Shown: positions 11,839-26,800 of the stretch, piece after piece | Layout of the letters: each line of letters opens with the position of its first letter | Position numbering within the stretch: position 1 is the first letter of the stretch | NCBI GenBank assembly: GCA_977020255.1 | Contig: CDROCS010005166.1 | Span: forward strand, 1-64,000 | Reading direction: 5' to 3' | Length of the DNA: 64,000 nt | Source: Obrimoposthia wandeli | Taxonomy: Eukaryota | Notes under the pieces: generated by a model | Databases searched by the model: none | Seen by the model: only the letters and a program-made list of their open reading frames with translations | What the model was told of the DNA's origin: nothing | Made by a program: the position numbers and the translations under genes

Positions 11839-14800
11839 TTATTATAGATTTTGATTTTAGAAGGACGAATGGGATTTTGATCCGTCAATCCTGATGATGT
11901 TGGGAACTACTTGATACTTAAGTCTATTTATTGCAGTGAAAATAGAAAATTCTGTATGTTGTAGTGAAGGGAAGCACTTGAAGTACAGATTTTATCAAAT
12001 TTTAGTTCTCTTCAGTAATTAAACCAAAAACTATCTAATGGAAGATGTTAAAAAATTGCTGTAATTGCGAATTGTAATTAAGTCAATTTATATACTTGCG
12101 ACGTAAATCTAACTGATTTTGCTGTGTTTGAAAAGGATTTCAAAATAAAAAATCCTAGTGTGTAAAATCTCACATTGTCTTGTGGTATAGGCCGACCTCC
12201 CTGGAGGGTACAATCAAGGAGGAGTAGTGTATAGCTGAGCAGCTGTGAGTCCATCAGGAATTCAGTGCTACTGTGGTCCCCGAGCTCGTCGTTATCACTG
12301 ATATTGACGCGCATACTATCCAGTACACTGACGGTCACATGTAGCATATTGTCGAAGAGCGGCGACTGGTAGCCGGCCTTGGCCAGTTGCTGAAACACGA
12401 TGCACAGCAGCGAGTAGACCGACTCTATGGCTACAGGCGCCATCTCCGAGTCACAGCCAGAGAAGGTTCGCAGCAAGAACGGATGCAGCCAATCACAGAA
12501 CCAAAGGCCGAGAGCAGCTTTGCTGTCGCTGGTTGTGCTGATCAGTCGGGGGATCCAGAAAATCAGCAGAGTCTGTCAAAAAAAGTTAATAAATGCTATC
12601 TCTTCTTCTAAGAGCCATGGTCAATTGTAGTTAAATATATCCACGATTCAAATTTGCATGTTATACATAACTTAGGTACATAGGAACACTTTATATATAC
12701 AAACTTAACTTTATCCGAAAAATAAGTAGGCACATATACATTGAATTTCTAAATTTGTAATAAAGCCATTTCAAATAGTAAAAATTGTACAGAAGCTACT
12801 GATACTAGTCACAAATAGTAGATGAAATAACATAAGAAAAATGTCATTATCGAAATGAGAGAAATTTTATAAGAGGGAAATTACTAAATTATAAAGGATT
12901 TAGAATTGCAATATTATTAATTAAAATTTTGTTGATTAAAGAATCGTACATATGCAAAAACTGATTTATTTTTTGTTTACAGTTTTTAATTAAATAAATT
13001 AATAAAATATAGTAAACTAATATATTATAAAGCTGCGACATACTTTATTTTAATTAACGTTATTGACTTGTGAAAATATCTTTACACGCATTATATATAC
13101 CTTTACTCTATCACAGATAAATATCATATATATACATTGTTAAGTCTAGATAATTCTTGCTTTAAATTTAATATGAAATATTTTTAGCTATACTGTGATA
13201 ATTGAAAAATAATTTGATAACACATTTTCTGCAAAATTTGTTGTTTCTTATTGTGTATATGTAGTTTAGGTTAAAACGAAGTAATTTAATTTTCCCTTGA
13301 AAATTCAATGGAAAGTGGTATTAAAATACGGTTATAACGATTTTGGTTATATCGAATATTATTAAAATATCGAATTTTCATTCTGTAATTATCAGACTTT
13401 TAAAATTTAACATCAAATAAAATTATCACATTTTTATAATTTAAAAGTTATAGAACATCAATTTCATAATCAGTATGAATCGAGTGAATAATTTAAAGTG
13501 TACTAATATTACGCTCTAACAGAAGGTCAAAATTATTAATGTTTCGATCGTGCTGGGCCTATTGCAAAAAATTGAAGATAGCTGAAGAGTTTGGTATACC
13601 AACCACAACATTGTTCATTGTTATTAAAAATTAAGAAAGCATCATAGCAAAGTTCAAATATGGCAACACTTTTGCATCAATCAAGTATGACATATATGTT
13701 TTTTCTAAATTTTTTCTTAAAAGCACAAGTTTAATTATTTAAGTTTATTACATAAATATACACATATTACCCTATTTTTATAATTTACTGAACTCATTTT
13801 AAAATTAGAGCGATAATTAAAAAACTTTAGATTCAATGTAAATTTAAAGATAATACATTACAAGACAAAAAATGTCTTTATAAATGTATTAAACAAAATC
13901 ATCAGTTTCTTCTAATTCGACAATTCCTCTGCCAATTTTAAAATTAAATTTAACAAAAATAAAATTACAGAAATGCTATCCATATTGAATATTGATTTCC
14001 TCAATAACTAATTATGGAGCCATTAAACCTTAAAGTAAATCTTTTCGTATAACTGGAACAGTTGTGGATTCAAATATGCAAACAGAGTAATTTTTGAAGT
14101 TATACTTAATGATTAGTCAATCTAAAGTGTATCGTATATATGCTAAAAGATCAATTTTAATTAGTAAAATTAATAAAATTCTAGTACGAAGACATGTTTG
14201 ATTTAATAATGTCTCTTATTTTTCGAAAAATGTACAAATTTATTTCATAAAATCAATGTTTATTTTACTTATTTTATTAGCTATATAATTTAATGTTACC
14301 ATGACCCCGTTTGAGTTAATTTGTCCTTCATTACCAGACACCTGTCATGACAACTACTCAATGTGTATGCTTCTTTCTAACATTCAAATTTATAACTCTC
14401 AAATCTAAAATATATATGCCACGACCAAATCAATTTGTAGTATAAAATATTTAAGGATATATAAGCTTACTCAAGTAGAATGTTTTCGTTAATTTTAAAT
14501 AACTTTAATCGCATAGTTTTGTAATTATGTTAATATTATTTACTAAATTTTATGTTTTGTAAGAAGTTTTAGAAATATTTTAACTAATTTATTTGTAAGT
14601 AGATTATTTTGTTATTTGAGAAATATTTAGATGATAAATGGAGATAAATGTTATTATCAATCCGATACATATCTCTTCTTTTTTTTGGAAAATAAAAGCG
14701 TGATCAACAATATATTAATTTTCAAACTTTCAAATACTTTTATTTATAAGTAGAATGTTTTGTCTTAGAAATACTTGTAAATGCATAAATAGGTCATAAA

Positions 14801-17800
14801 ATTATTTTTTTTAAAATAAAATTTGTTTTATTTTATTAATAACTTAATCAATCATTCTGAGTAGCCCGATGTAGACATGAGCACATCTAAGAAACCCAGT
14901 TATCTTTAGGACCATATTAAAAAAAATATCGAGAAAGGAAGGAATATTATACATGCATGCATGTTTTCACTTTGTCGATGTAAATTTTCATACCGATTCA
15001 TTTTCTTCGACTGTAGTTATATTAATTAGGATAAATTGCGCTTCTTAATAAAGAATTATCTTGGAAAAATCCCTATGATCTAAAGAATGTTATTAGTAAA
15101 TCTAAAGATGAAAATGAGGGTGATGATTATGATGAATGGGTCTTCTTAAATCCTAAATATTATAACCTTAATTAAAATGAAAGCAAAGGGTATAACATTA
15201 TAACTAATTAATAATAGACATACCGATTGCCTGAATTGTTATGAGACCGAGGACATTATTAGCATCAATCCGATACATATCTCTACTTTAAATCATGAAC
15301 TCTATATTAAAGACAATTCTAAAGTAGCTTTAAAATATTTAGATGATAAATGGAGATAAAAGTTTGGTTTATAGCCATTTCAGTCTTTTTGTTTTATATT
15401 ATTTTAATATTTTGTAATTAGTATATTTAATCAGAAAACATTTTATATTGGACTCCTGATTTGTTGTAAATATTCAATACTTAAATATACACATAGTTTT
15501 TATGACGTAAAATAAATATTGCATTTTTCTAGTCTTTTCCATTATATAGAAATAATTTGATTTGATTTAACCAATGATATATTAATTTTGATTTCATATA
15601 AAATAATAATTTTTAATTCATGTGTCATGGCATATTTAAATACTCTTGACATGTTATGTGCTCTGAGATTGAATGTTCGAGAAGATATTTTTCCATTATA
15701 CACAAATCGATACTTCTCAATTTTATATTCTCTTGAACTGTATGAAGCAAGGATTTTACAATAATTCAATTTTCACAACAGTAAGATTTTGTTTAAAATT
15801 GATTTAATATTCAATTTAGCTATTGTAGATATCAAAGTCTACCATCAAAATAAAAATCTAAATTGTACATATTTTTTTAGTCTTTTAAATGCTTTTTGTT
15901 TGACTAAATAATTTTAATGTAGTAATTCAGGGCTTCTGCAATAAACAGATCCGAAAAGAATATTTGAAAATCACATACACAAATCATTTTATACTAACTT
16001 TTCATAAAGAACCAGCACAACAAAATAATGAAATATCAGACAAAACGATGTAGAACTGTCTACTACCTCCAATACCTTCAAAAAATATCACTATGTAGAA
16101 GCAACCAAAAATCACTATCTACTATAGTAGATAAACACACTATTTCCATAGAAGCACGGATATTTTGTGAGATAAACAAATCATTTTCATGGAAACTACT
16201 CATATAGTGCTCCAGAACAGAGCATAGCGCAGTATTGAGCAGTAACAGGAGCATTGACCCAATAAGGCCACTATATACTAATTATCTGTATGTGTCAACA
16301 AAGAGAGTTTTATACGCTTTTGAGGAAGGTTATGTCTAAATTATTTCGGGTTCATAGTAAACTATAATGAAAGGATCGATGAAAGCAGTTGATGTAGAAC
16401 GAAAGGATGGCAGGAATCAATGATTAATTGACTACAATTATTGTTCAATTTGTAAAAAATAACTCAAATCCGGTGTAGGAATTGTGAAGATGGGATACAT
16501 ATGAAATGTTTAACTTAATTGCAACAAACTAAATTAATAATATGTTCATAAACTATTTGTAGAACTATGCATATACTATTTAGAATTGAACATTTTTTAT
16601 ATATGTACATACCTAACATTATATGTTCGTTTATATTTATTTTAGTTAGAATACCATGTTTTTAGATATTTTTAGATATTTTTATAATGAGTGTGAAAAT
16701 ATTTTTTTATAATTTGTAAATAATACACATTGTTAAAATTTATTGATTATTTTCAATTTTGAAACTTTATGAAAGTTTTTATGTGAACATCAATGTCAAT
16801 TTGTAAACAGTACATAATCGCTGAAATTGTATAAAATTCTAATTTTGAAGAATTTTTATTAAAATCCGTCTACTACAAGCTCATAAATATAATCCAAAGA
16901 ATAAGATAGAAAAAGCTGAATGTAAACCTGTTGAATCCTTCATATTATCCAATAACTACAAATATATTATCCCCTTAAGAATAATACTTGGTATAATATT
17001 TATATTACATATACAATAATTATGGGGAAAACTGTACATTGTATTGAAGACAATATTAAATAACGTATCTAAGATAAAAGATGTCCTAATTTTTTTATTA
17101 TTATTTAAATGATCTTTACAAATCAGCAATGTTGATTATTTAACGGTATTATATTTTAAACATGAATGTTTTGATGCATTTTCTGAATTATTCAATATTA
17201 TTACAAGTAGAATATGTTTCCCCTTCAGTTTATTATTCAATTGTGTTCTAGCTTTAACGATTATTAATAATAGTCAATGTTAAAATTATATCAATCTAAA
17301 TTACATAATAACACAACAACTCAAATCAGAAACATACAAAATAATGAAATGTTTAACTTAAGTTATACATGAATGTATTATTTATAAATAAAAGTAGTAA
17401 ATCATACATTTAATTGTGTTTTAATATACCAGTTGACTTGACCCAGCCAAGATATTTCCGGTCGATTCAACCATATTCAACTTTTCATAGCTACCTTGTT
17501 ATAATTTATAATTATGTTTGTTAATTTACAATAAAAACAGTATTATTACACTCAAGAACCATCTTATTTAAACATAACAGATTGTGTTTACCTTGGTATC
17601 GGCGCTGCCAAACTCGATGAGATTGTTCATGATTGCACAGAGGTGCGGCAGATTGGCCTCAAATTGGTACAGGTCACAGCAGCAGGGGGTGTCAAGGATG
17701 AGGGACTGAAAGAGAAGATCCTGCACTATTTTAAGCTTGTCTTGGCTGCACGAGTGGAGCAAGTTCTGGAGGCTGGTAGATGGGTCGGTGAGGATGGAGT

Positions 17801-20800
17801 CATCGAGACTGCTAGTAGATTGTTGGCGGGCCATACTGATCTGGTTGTCGATAACCGAGACTTGCTGTTGCAGATGACAGCAGGTAAAATATAGCGAGTG
17901 GATCTGAGTCATGACGGATGTGAGGCCCGATGAATTCGGACTGTAGCTGCTGCCACTGTTGGAAGAGGAGTGAGTGATAGATGGACTCGTGATAAAGGGC
18001 ACCAGATTGGTGGCTATCAGCTGGCGCACAAGGTCACGAAGGGTGCTACAGGCCAGCGAGTAGTGCGCCATGAAGGTGTGGTAGCGCGGAACCAGCAGCG
18101 AGTGCACCACTGACGAGTCAAGGTTAACTGAACGACCGTATAGGAATCCCAACTCGATACGACCACGTGAAGCTGATATGCTCGGTCTGAAGAACAGGAT
18201 ATTGCAGGTATTAACTTATTTATCTGAGAACAATTTATGATTAACTTCTAAAAGGAAATACAATTCATAGATATTATACTACTTAACAATAACATAAATG
18301 TTAATGACTGAAATGATATAAGATATATTTAAAATAGAGCCAATTTTCTAATAATTTTTAATTACTATGTAAATGCTCTTTACAAATCAGCAATGTTGAT
18401 TATTTAACGGTATTATTTTTTAAATAAGAATGTTTTGATGCGTCTTCTGAATTATTCAATAGTATTACAATTTCTTACTGCTAATAGCAAGTTTTGTATA
18501 ACTTGTATGCAAATATAACACAATTTTCTTTAATAAATTTAGATTTTTGAATTATCATTATGTTTTTTTATTATCAAATTTATTCAAGACTTGAAAACGA
18601 CATATTTTTGAATCAAGAAAAGTTTTTTAACTCTTTTGAAAGATTTATCGGCAGCCAATATTTAAATGTTCTTCAGCCATATTTTTTATATATATTTGTA
18701 AATAATCTTCATGGATTTATTCATAATTATTTGCAATATATTTTAACAAAACTGGGGAAGATCGTACAATAATTAGTTGTGGAATTCTAGCCTAGAAGTG
18801 ACAATAGCATTTACAAACGTAGTGGAAAAAAGTACTATCAAAAAAATTACATATCCATAGATTTTTACAATATCATTTTTCATCTCACAGCAAACCATGA
18901 AATAATTTTTTTACTTTCAAATATAAAAATTAATAATACAATTGATTTTACAATTGACAATAAATAACATTTTCAAAGAATTATGTGAGAAAATAAATTA
19001 AAACTATTTAAATAAAGTACTACCGAAATGTGATACATACAAAGGTCTTTTCAGACTTGATTTTCAAAACGCATGTGTATCTAAGAAATCAAAAACCGTC
19101 TATAAATAAAGTTACCAGAATAACAGTTATACAAAAAAAGGAGAAAAGAATCAGCAATTATGTAGTAAAACTAGATTGTTTGCACATAGTCTAAAATAAA
19201 TATTACTAAAATATATATAAACTTCTATTATTAATTAAAAATTTATCATTTTTTGAGAACTTAATAATTTTATGAAAATTTTACGCCTGAATAACCAAAC
19301 AACTCAAGACACCTAGACTATGATTTTTGGAAGGACATAACTTCAAACAACTTTTAAGAAACCCTACCAGCTCAAACAATACTTAACGAATATCGACAAA
19401 TTCAAAAATAATATATATATATATATATATATTTCTAGAACATTTTCTAAAATCTGAAACTATATATCATATTTGCTTCATTAGAAGCCCATTCTAAAAT
19501 TCTATCATCAGCAGAAGCTCATTCTATCACCAGCAGAAGCCCAGAAGCTCACTTTAATATAATCCCATTTTCAGTTGTATAAATAAATTAAAAATTCACT
19601 CTATTAATAATCAACTGTCTATAGATGTTGAATTTATTGTTTTTGGATATATGAAGGTTTAGATTGTATACAATATGTATTTATCTAAAATATTGATTGA
19701 ACCACTGAATAAAAATACACCTATCTGATGATTAAATGGCATATAATAAAGTTAAAATTCAAAGTATTTCTGTTCATAGAAAATTAGAAGCTCTAGATTT
19801 AAAAAAAAGTCATATGGGCAACTTCTATTAAATTCAGGGTTGATCAAAAACAGATATGAGAATGAAAAAAATGAGTGAAATGGCCAAGAAATGGTCAAAG
19901 AATCATAACACGAATCCTTTCTTTGCAAACGATGATTGACTCCAAATGTTTATCCGTCTTAAACATTTATCAGTTTGTCGTCACACAATTTTCCTAAACA
20001 CTTGTTGACTGTCCATACAGAATCTTCACATTTTTAACTACTCTTGAATTTACATTTCCAAAACAATTAATTATAATTATAAATAAATCATGTATCGTGC
20101 CAATTTCGAATATCAACCATTTACATGTTACCGCTACCTAACTAATGCATGTTTTCCAATACGTTATTTAAAAACTAATACAAATTAAAACTAATTATGG
20201 TGTACTTACCATCTTCCTATGTCTAGAATAGATAGTCTCGTGATTACTTACGATTATCTAGATAATATACCTGTTATTTAACAGGTCACAAAAAAAGATG
20301 CAATGTTGGTTAAACTGACACCAAAGCTGATGTGACTAAGCTCAGCTCATACGTAATAATCCCACACAAACGTCCAATTAAGGATCTCGAATCAAAGGCG
20401 TGAATTGTTTTTGCTTATACCGACAAGAGTATGATAGACGACGATTTGACTCGCAACAATTTGAATAGGATAGCCGGAAAATTCAATTTCATTACTCGCC
20501 TAATGATTTTAGACTCATGAGTAGATTTCTTGGTAAAGGAAAACTCACAAGCAATCCAACAGACCAGCTTGAGAATTCAATTAAACATTGTGGAATAACA
20601 GTGGCGGCTGATGGATCTCAAGATGTTGACATCAAGTGCAGTAAGCCAGAACATCCATTTCATGATCTTAGGCCGTTGCTACAATCTCAACAAAACAAGG
20701 ATACTGCAGTTCATGAATATGAAAAGGAAGGCCGAGACAATCATAACATTATTGATGGAAGTGAAATTAAATTATGTGATTCGTATGAATCGAACTAGAT

Positions 20801-23800
20801 AAATAACTACAAGAACTGAACTAATTCATTAGTTATTTATTGTTGTGAACATTTTATTACACGTTATATTACATGTGGGTTGAAAGGTTTCTTTTTCCCT
20901 TTGGTTCTGCTTACCAAAAATGGCCAACTAGGCATTCGTATTAAATCGTGCGACTTCAATGAAGAAAGCCACACAGTTTTAAATAAACAAGCAAGTCAAA
21001 AATATAAACAAACTAACAAAACTATAGCAAAGTAGTTATATGAGATCATTTTTAAATCGATTTCCTCCTAAATTTAAAATTTGATTATGTTTTGTGAACA
21101 TTATGGAAAATATACCGTTTTGAAATTGAGCTTTTGAAGCTTGAATAGAGGTAGATTTATTTTTCAAATTTGATGTAATGATGTTTCAATATAATGATGA
21201 TGAAGTTTGTTCATTAGTCATTTTAGCTTTGATAAAACACATGTAGATACTATCTGGCAGAAAATAAGTACCTGGCCACGACGGAGTAGTGGATGTAGCG
21301 GCAGATCAGGGGCGGGTAGATGTTATGGAGAAAAAGCGGCTTGTTGGCTATGCCAGAGTAGTTGACGATGGTGATCAGTTCCGAGTCAGAGAAACCAGTG
21401 CGGGACACCCGGACCGTAACTTGCTGCAGACGAACCGAGGGCGGCATCTGAATGTCAGAGATGAGGCATTCCTGACCCAGGTCGATGACAACGAAGCGCC
21501 TGGCATTTGCGTGAATGCGTGAAACCAGCATGTAGAGACTTGGTGGCGGCATGCGGTTGGGTGTGACAGCGGGGAGCGCAGTGGCAACGTCGGAACTGAG
21601 CGCAAACCGCAGCTGCGGCGAGAGGGCAGAGATGGTGAGGGCCATGTCACTCGGTGGAGGGGGACTAGAGCCGTCTAGGGGGGTAGCAGTGGCAGGTGTG
21701 GTTTTGGGCGTCCTTGGGTGATTGAAGTCCACTTCATCCATGCTGGGATCCAAGCTGGAGTTCGAGAAGAATGGGTAGCTCGGTTCCTGTGCATGATGAC
21801 GACATCCATTGAGTATTTGAATAAAATTTATTTTAATTACTAGATCAATATTTTTTATATTATAGTATTGTACATAACCACATACATTTACTTGCCTGGT
21901 TGGGAAGAAGATAATCGATGAGGGTACCCTCAGAGGCAGCAACCAGCTTGTTAGCCATGAGCCGATCAGAGTGGAGAAGGCCAGTCCGCAGGGGGAATGT
22001 GTGGGAATCGGAAGCGCGGCCGGCAGCAGTGGATATGGAGAGACAGTTGGGTGGAATTAGAGCCGAGGAATGCTTGTTCACCTTGATATTAGGGGGTCCT
22101 ACAGCCACATTTGTGACACTGTTGGGACTAGAAGTCCCCTGGAACTTCAGCCACGACTTGAGCCATGTCGGCTTGGCCTGGTATTGCCAGCCAGGTACCA
22201 AAACTAGCGGGGCACTACTACCGACCACTTCCAGCGGCTGACTGCTTTGATGAGAAGACTGGCCAATGGATACTGGTGGATGGCGGGTCATGACAGGGCG
22301 TGCTCTCGTCTCTGATCGACGCTCATCTGACTGTACCCGCTGAAGCTCGCTAGTCACCTCTTTCATAATCTGGGAAATTTGTAAACAGTACTAAGCTTTT
22401 CCGACCTTGGAGGATATCTAACAACTAATATATAAATAATGATCAAAGTTCATTTTATTTATAATTAGCCACAAATTTTCTGAAGCTATCAGTCTATCTA
22501 ATACTAGCTAAATCAAAATAATTAAAAAAAGAATGTACAAAAATGATGGCTTACCATCTTTTGATAACCTTTTCTGATATCTTCAATCGAGAAATTGGAG
22601 ATCTCTTCTGACTTTGATGGTGCTTTCTTGTGACCATCTGAGCTACCTTTTTGAAGTTGGTAGTTCATAGAATTCTTGAAATGATACATCATGCTATCAT
22701 TGTTGCTAGAGTGAATTTTGTGAGTTACATCACAGATGTTCTTGAAAAGACTGTTTGCGTCAGCCTGAAGACAACCTTCCGGGACTGTGTCGAACAAATC
22801 ATTGGACAGAGGATTGTGTGAGTATCCCAAGCTGAAATTTTATGAACCTTCAATTTGGTGAAGCAAAATATTTGTGAAATAAAAAATATAATTAGCACAT
22901 GACTTATAAAGTTTAATATTTACTTCATATTAAATTATATTATCTGTCATGTATATCTAATGTATGGTACAACAAAATACAACATAATATTTACTTCATA
23001 TTAAATTATATTATCTGTCATGTATATCTAATGTATGGTACAACAAAATACAAGATAAATTCATTAATAATTGAGGATATATCCTAAGTAAATTGAAGTC
23101 AATCCCCATACAAGTACAAGCTGAAGATCCTTTAGTATCTTTCTCAGAATTTTAAAGGTAATTGAATGCTTTTTAAAAGGATTATTTTTAGTAGTTCTGC
23201 AATCTCTAGAAAATATGCAACTTCTACACAAGATACACCACCCTTTCTTGTTTCATCGAATCAAGTCAGTCATTACAGCCACATTAAAAACATTATATGC
23301 GATCTTCAACGTCTTGAATTACCTGATCAGGTTGTTTATAAAAGATGATCAATAACTGATAAAAACAGTTGTGGGTTTTAAAAAAACAAAAATGAAATAA
23401 TGCATTAAAATTTCTTGAATTTTTTCAATTATTTTGTATTTATTCACTTTTTATTTTTGTTACCAATTAAATTTTACTGAATTGTAGAAGTTGAGAGAAA
23501 TAAATTAACAATTAAATTTATCCTGTTAGTTTCTCCCAGTGTTAGTTAAATTAGGACAGCTGACAATTTATTTTAAATACATCAAAAAAGTTTGAATATT
23601 CGACGTAATTTAAATGAGATATAAAATTGATGAAAAAATGAAATAAATGTTTGAGAGCAAACGATATAAATGAAACTATTTGTTTATGTAAATAAAAAAC
23701 TCAAAAATGAAAATAATAAAAATAATAAAGTTGTGGTGCATCTGTGTTGGTTCCCAACTTCCAGAAAAACCATTAGGTCAGTGCAAAAAAATACATTTGT

Positions 23801-26800
23801 AAGTTAATGTATACATCACAAATATACACTTAATCATTCACTGTGACTTAAGAATTTGGAATTAGAAGCGTATCGAATTTTGTTTTGCTTTATTTATTTT
23901 TAACTAATTCGGTAATTTAATTCCTAAGTATAGGCAAAATGGAAGACCCACTTGTGACAGAATTCATAAACCGAAAGCGACATATACTCAAAATAATTGA
24001 CTAAAAGATATTTTTATATTCAGTATATTAATCAAAAAGATTTTAAAAAAATGTTAAAACATAAAGAAGTAAAAACTAAACTTGATTAAACCAGTCATAT
24101 TTCGTCTTATATCCTCAATTTTTGCCGTACATATTTCCCAAAGCTATTAATACGGTCGCAATATCTATAAACTCAGTCAAAGAAAAATAAATAACTCACA
24201 TTTTCCTAAGACAGATGGAAACTGCGTCATTACAGAAGGTGACGTATCTGTCAGAAATGGCTCGGAGTAATTGCAACTTGAGCTGAAAGCTAGCAGTTGC
24301 TTTGTCAGCCACCTCGCTGTCATAGATGGGTTCATCATCATCTTCATTGAGAAGGCTGTCAAATGTCATGGATGGATCACAGATGCCACTGTTTTGAAAC
24401 TGACAAGAAAGCAGATGTTGGTTCAACCAATTTAGAAGGATCAGGTAGTTCTGAACAGCTACTGCGTTTTGAGATTCCAGAAGCTGGCTCAGATTCGATT
24501 GCAGGTGCTTCATGATAGTCTTAGACACTTGGAACTTCTTTAGTTGTTCGTTGCTTTTTGTTAAGAACTTCTTAGAGGAACTGAAGTATCTTTTTTCCAA
24601 CCTGAAAAATGTCGGTCGATAAATATTTTCAAATAATTTTTTTCAACCATGCTTTGCGCTATTAACAGAATAAACTATAAAAAGAACAATATATACATAG
24701 TTTAAATAACTCATCTCTGTAAACAATTAGTTTTCTCAAACGGCGTTATTTATAAAAGAAAAACTACATTTATATTTATGAATTAAATATTTCTAAAAAT
24801 AAATTTTCTAATCTAATTAAAATATTTTCAATGTCTTTGACTACCAAATCTTGAATTCTATCAAAAATATTTAATGTTCAGTTTTCATATTGATACTAAA
24901 TTTTTCAAAGAATTTAATCAATATTTCAAATTATTGAATCAAATGTTTATTTGCCAACTAACCAAAGTATTAATTGTCTAAATGATATTTTTGACATTTT
25001 TGGTGAAAATAGTACAAAAATAGTATAGCGGATCATAAACTGGAATCAGATTTCAAATTAATTTTATAAAGTATAGAAACATCATTTGATAAACATATTT
25101 TTACTCAGTCAATAATAGAATGAGGGCCTCAAAAATAAAAATGTATTTGATGGTACAATAACCATAATGTATTTGTATAACTTTACTGAGACTATTTTTC
25201 TTAATTGAAAAATTGAGAATGACACTTTCTGAATATGTTGTATTTTGCAAATTGAAAATCTCATATATCAAATTAGTTTAAATTTATAGCAATATTTTGT
25301 AATAATAAAATTATTTAGGATAATTTGAAATGAGTAGAATATACGTGGTATAGAAAAAAGTTCTCAGATTAAAAAAAACAAAAATTGGAACCTTTATTTT
25401 ATATGTAAATAACTAGATGAATATAAGTTTCCCCATAACGTCTTTGATTTTCAATAGAAATTCTTCCATATGACAAATAAATCAAAACTATTTTAAAATG
25501 TTGATACAGTATGCTTTGTAGTAAATTAGATAATGGACTGTGGTGAATTTGGTTTTTATCCTTGTTTAACTCTCAAAACCTGGATTATCGGCATTAATAT
25601 TTCTAACCATGAAATCCACCTCCCGTATCCAAGCTTTTGTTCGAAACACACTTAAAATAAAACACGTGTAATGACTTCCGAGCAGCTTTTCTAGCTTCAG
25701 TTCTGGATATTTCCTTTCGTGTCAGTTTCCTTTTTGAAGGTAAATAGAAACTAATCAAGTTTCGTCTAGTGTAATAATGCTATATAAAATCATTTTCCAA
25801 AATTAACAATGAATGTCAAGTTTGAAACGATTGTTTGACATTTTGTCACTCAAAACAACGGCCGGTAAATAAAAAATATATCATTTTTTAAAGTATTAAA
25901 TATATAATTTATGAACTTTATTTTTAAATAATAAAATGTTTGTATAACTGGTTAAATTTTGCAATTTGTTGCATAAATTACAAGAATTGTTACAAAAAAA
26001 TTAAAATAAAATTAATTGAATACATACAATTGATTTAGTTGTCAAATGTTTTTTGAAAAAATCTTTAAAATTTCAAAAAATATTTGATTTTTTAAAACTA
26101 TTAATAATTTTTAATTTACGGCTATACTGGCTGACCAGAGATTGGATCCATATCTAGTTTACTAGACTTGCCAACATGTTTTGCATTTTTTTAAAATAAA
26201 TATTAAGCTCTCTTTGGTTCATTCTTCTTTCAACTGAATAATTCTCGTGATAAGTCTTTTTTTAAATGTGTCTTACTTTCTCTGCATATAAACATTGTTC
26301 GCCAAATTTGAATTAAAAAATTCATGAATATATTGATCCTTTTTTTGATGAAAATTTTTATATACCAATTGTAATTCTTTCATGATTTGTTTCAATTTTT
26401 AACAATAAAAAATGTAATTACATCTAAAAAAATTGACAGATTAAACATTCCATTTTAAAAATGACATTTAAAATATAAATTGATTCAGAAAACAAAACAT
26501 CTAGGTATATGTAATTATTTAAATATAAATTTGGTTTTCATATGTATTTTCTTTCTATGTGAGTCCGTTAATCCGTATTACGTAGTAAAAATAGAATTAA
26601 TTGTCAAAAAAATTAAAACCACACTCACTTTATAAAACTTGTTAAAATCTTCGTAACAAATTTACTGATTTCTCGATTTCCTTTTAGTAAATGATCGACA
26701 ATAAGGCTCTCACAGTAGTCAAGAAATGTCAGCAGCAATTTCTGGATCTTTTCACTGAAAATTATTTAAAAAATATGTTCAAAAAATTAGAGATGTGTTT

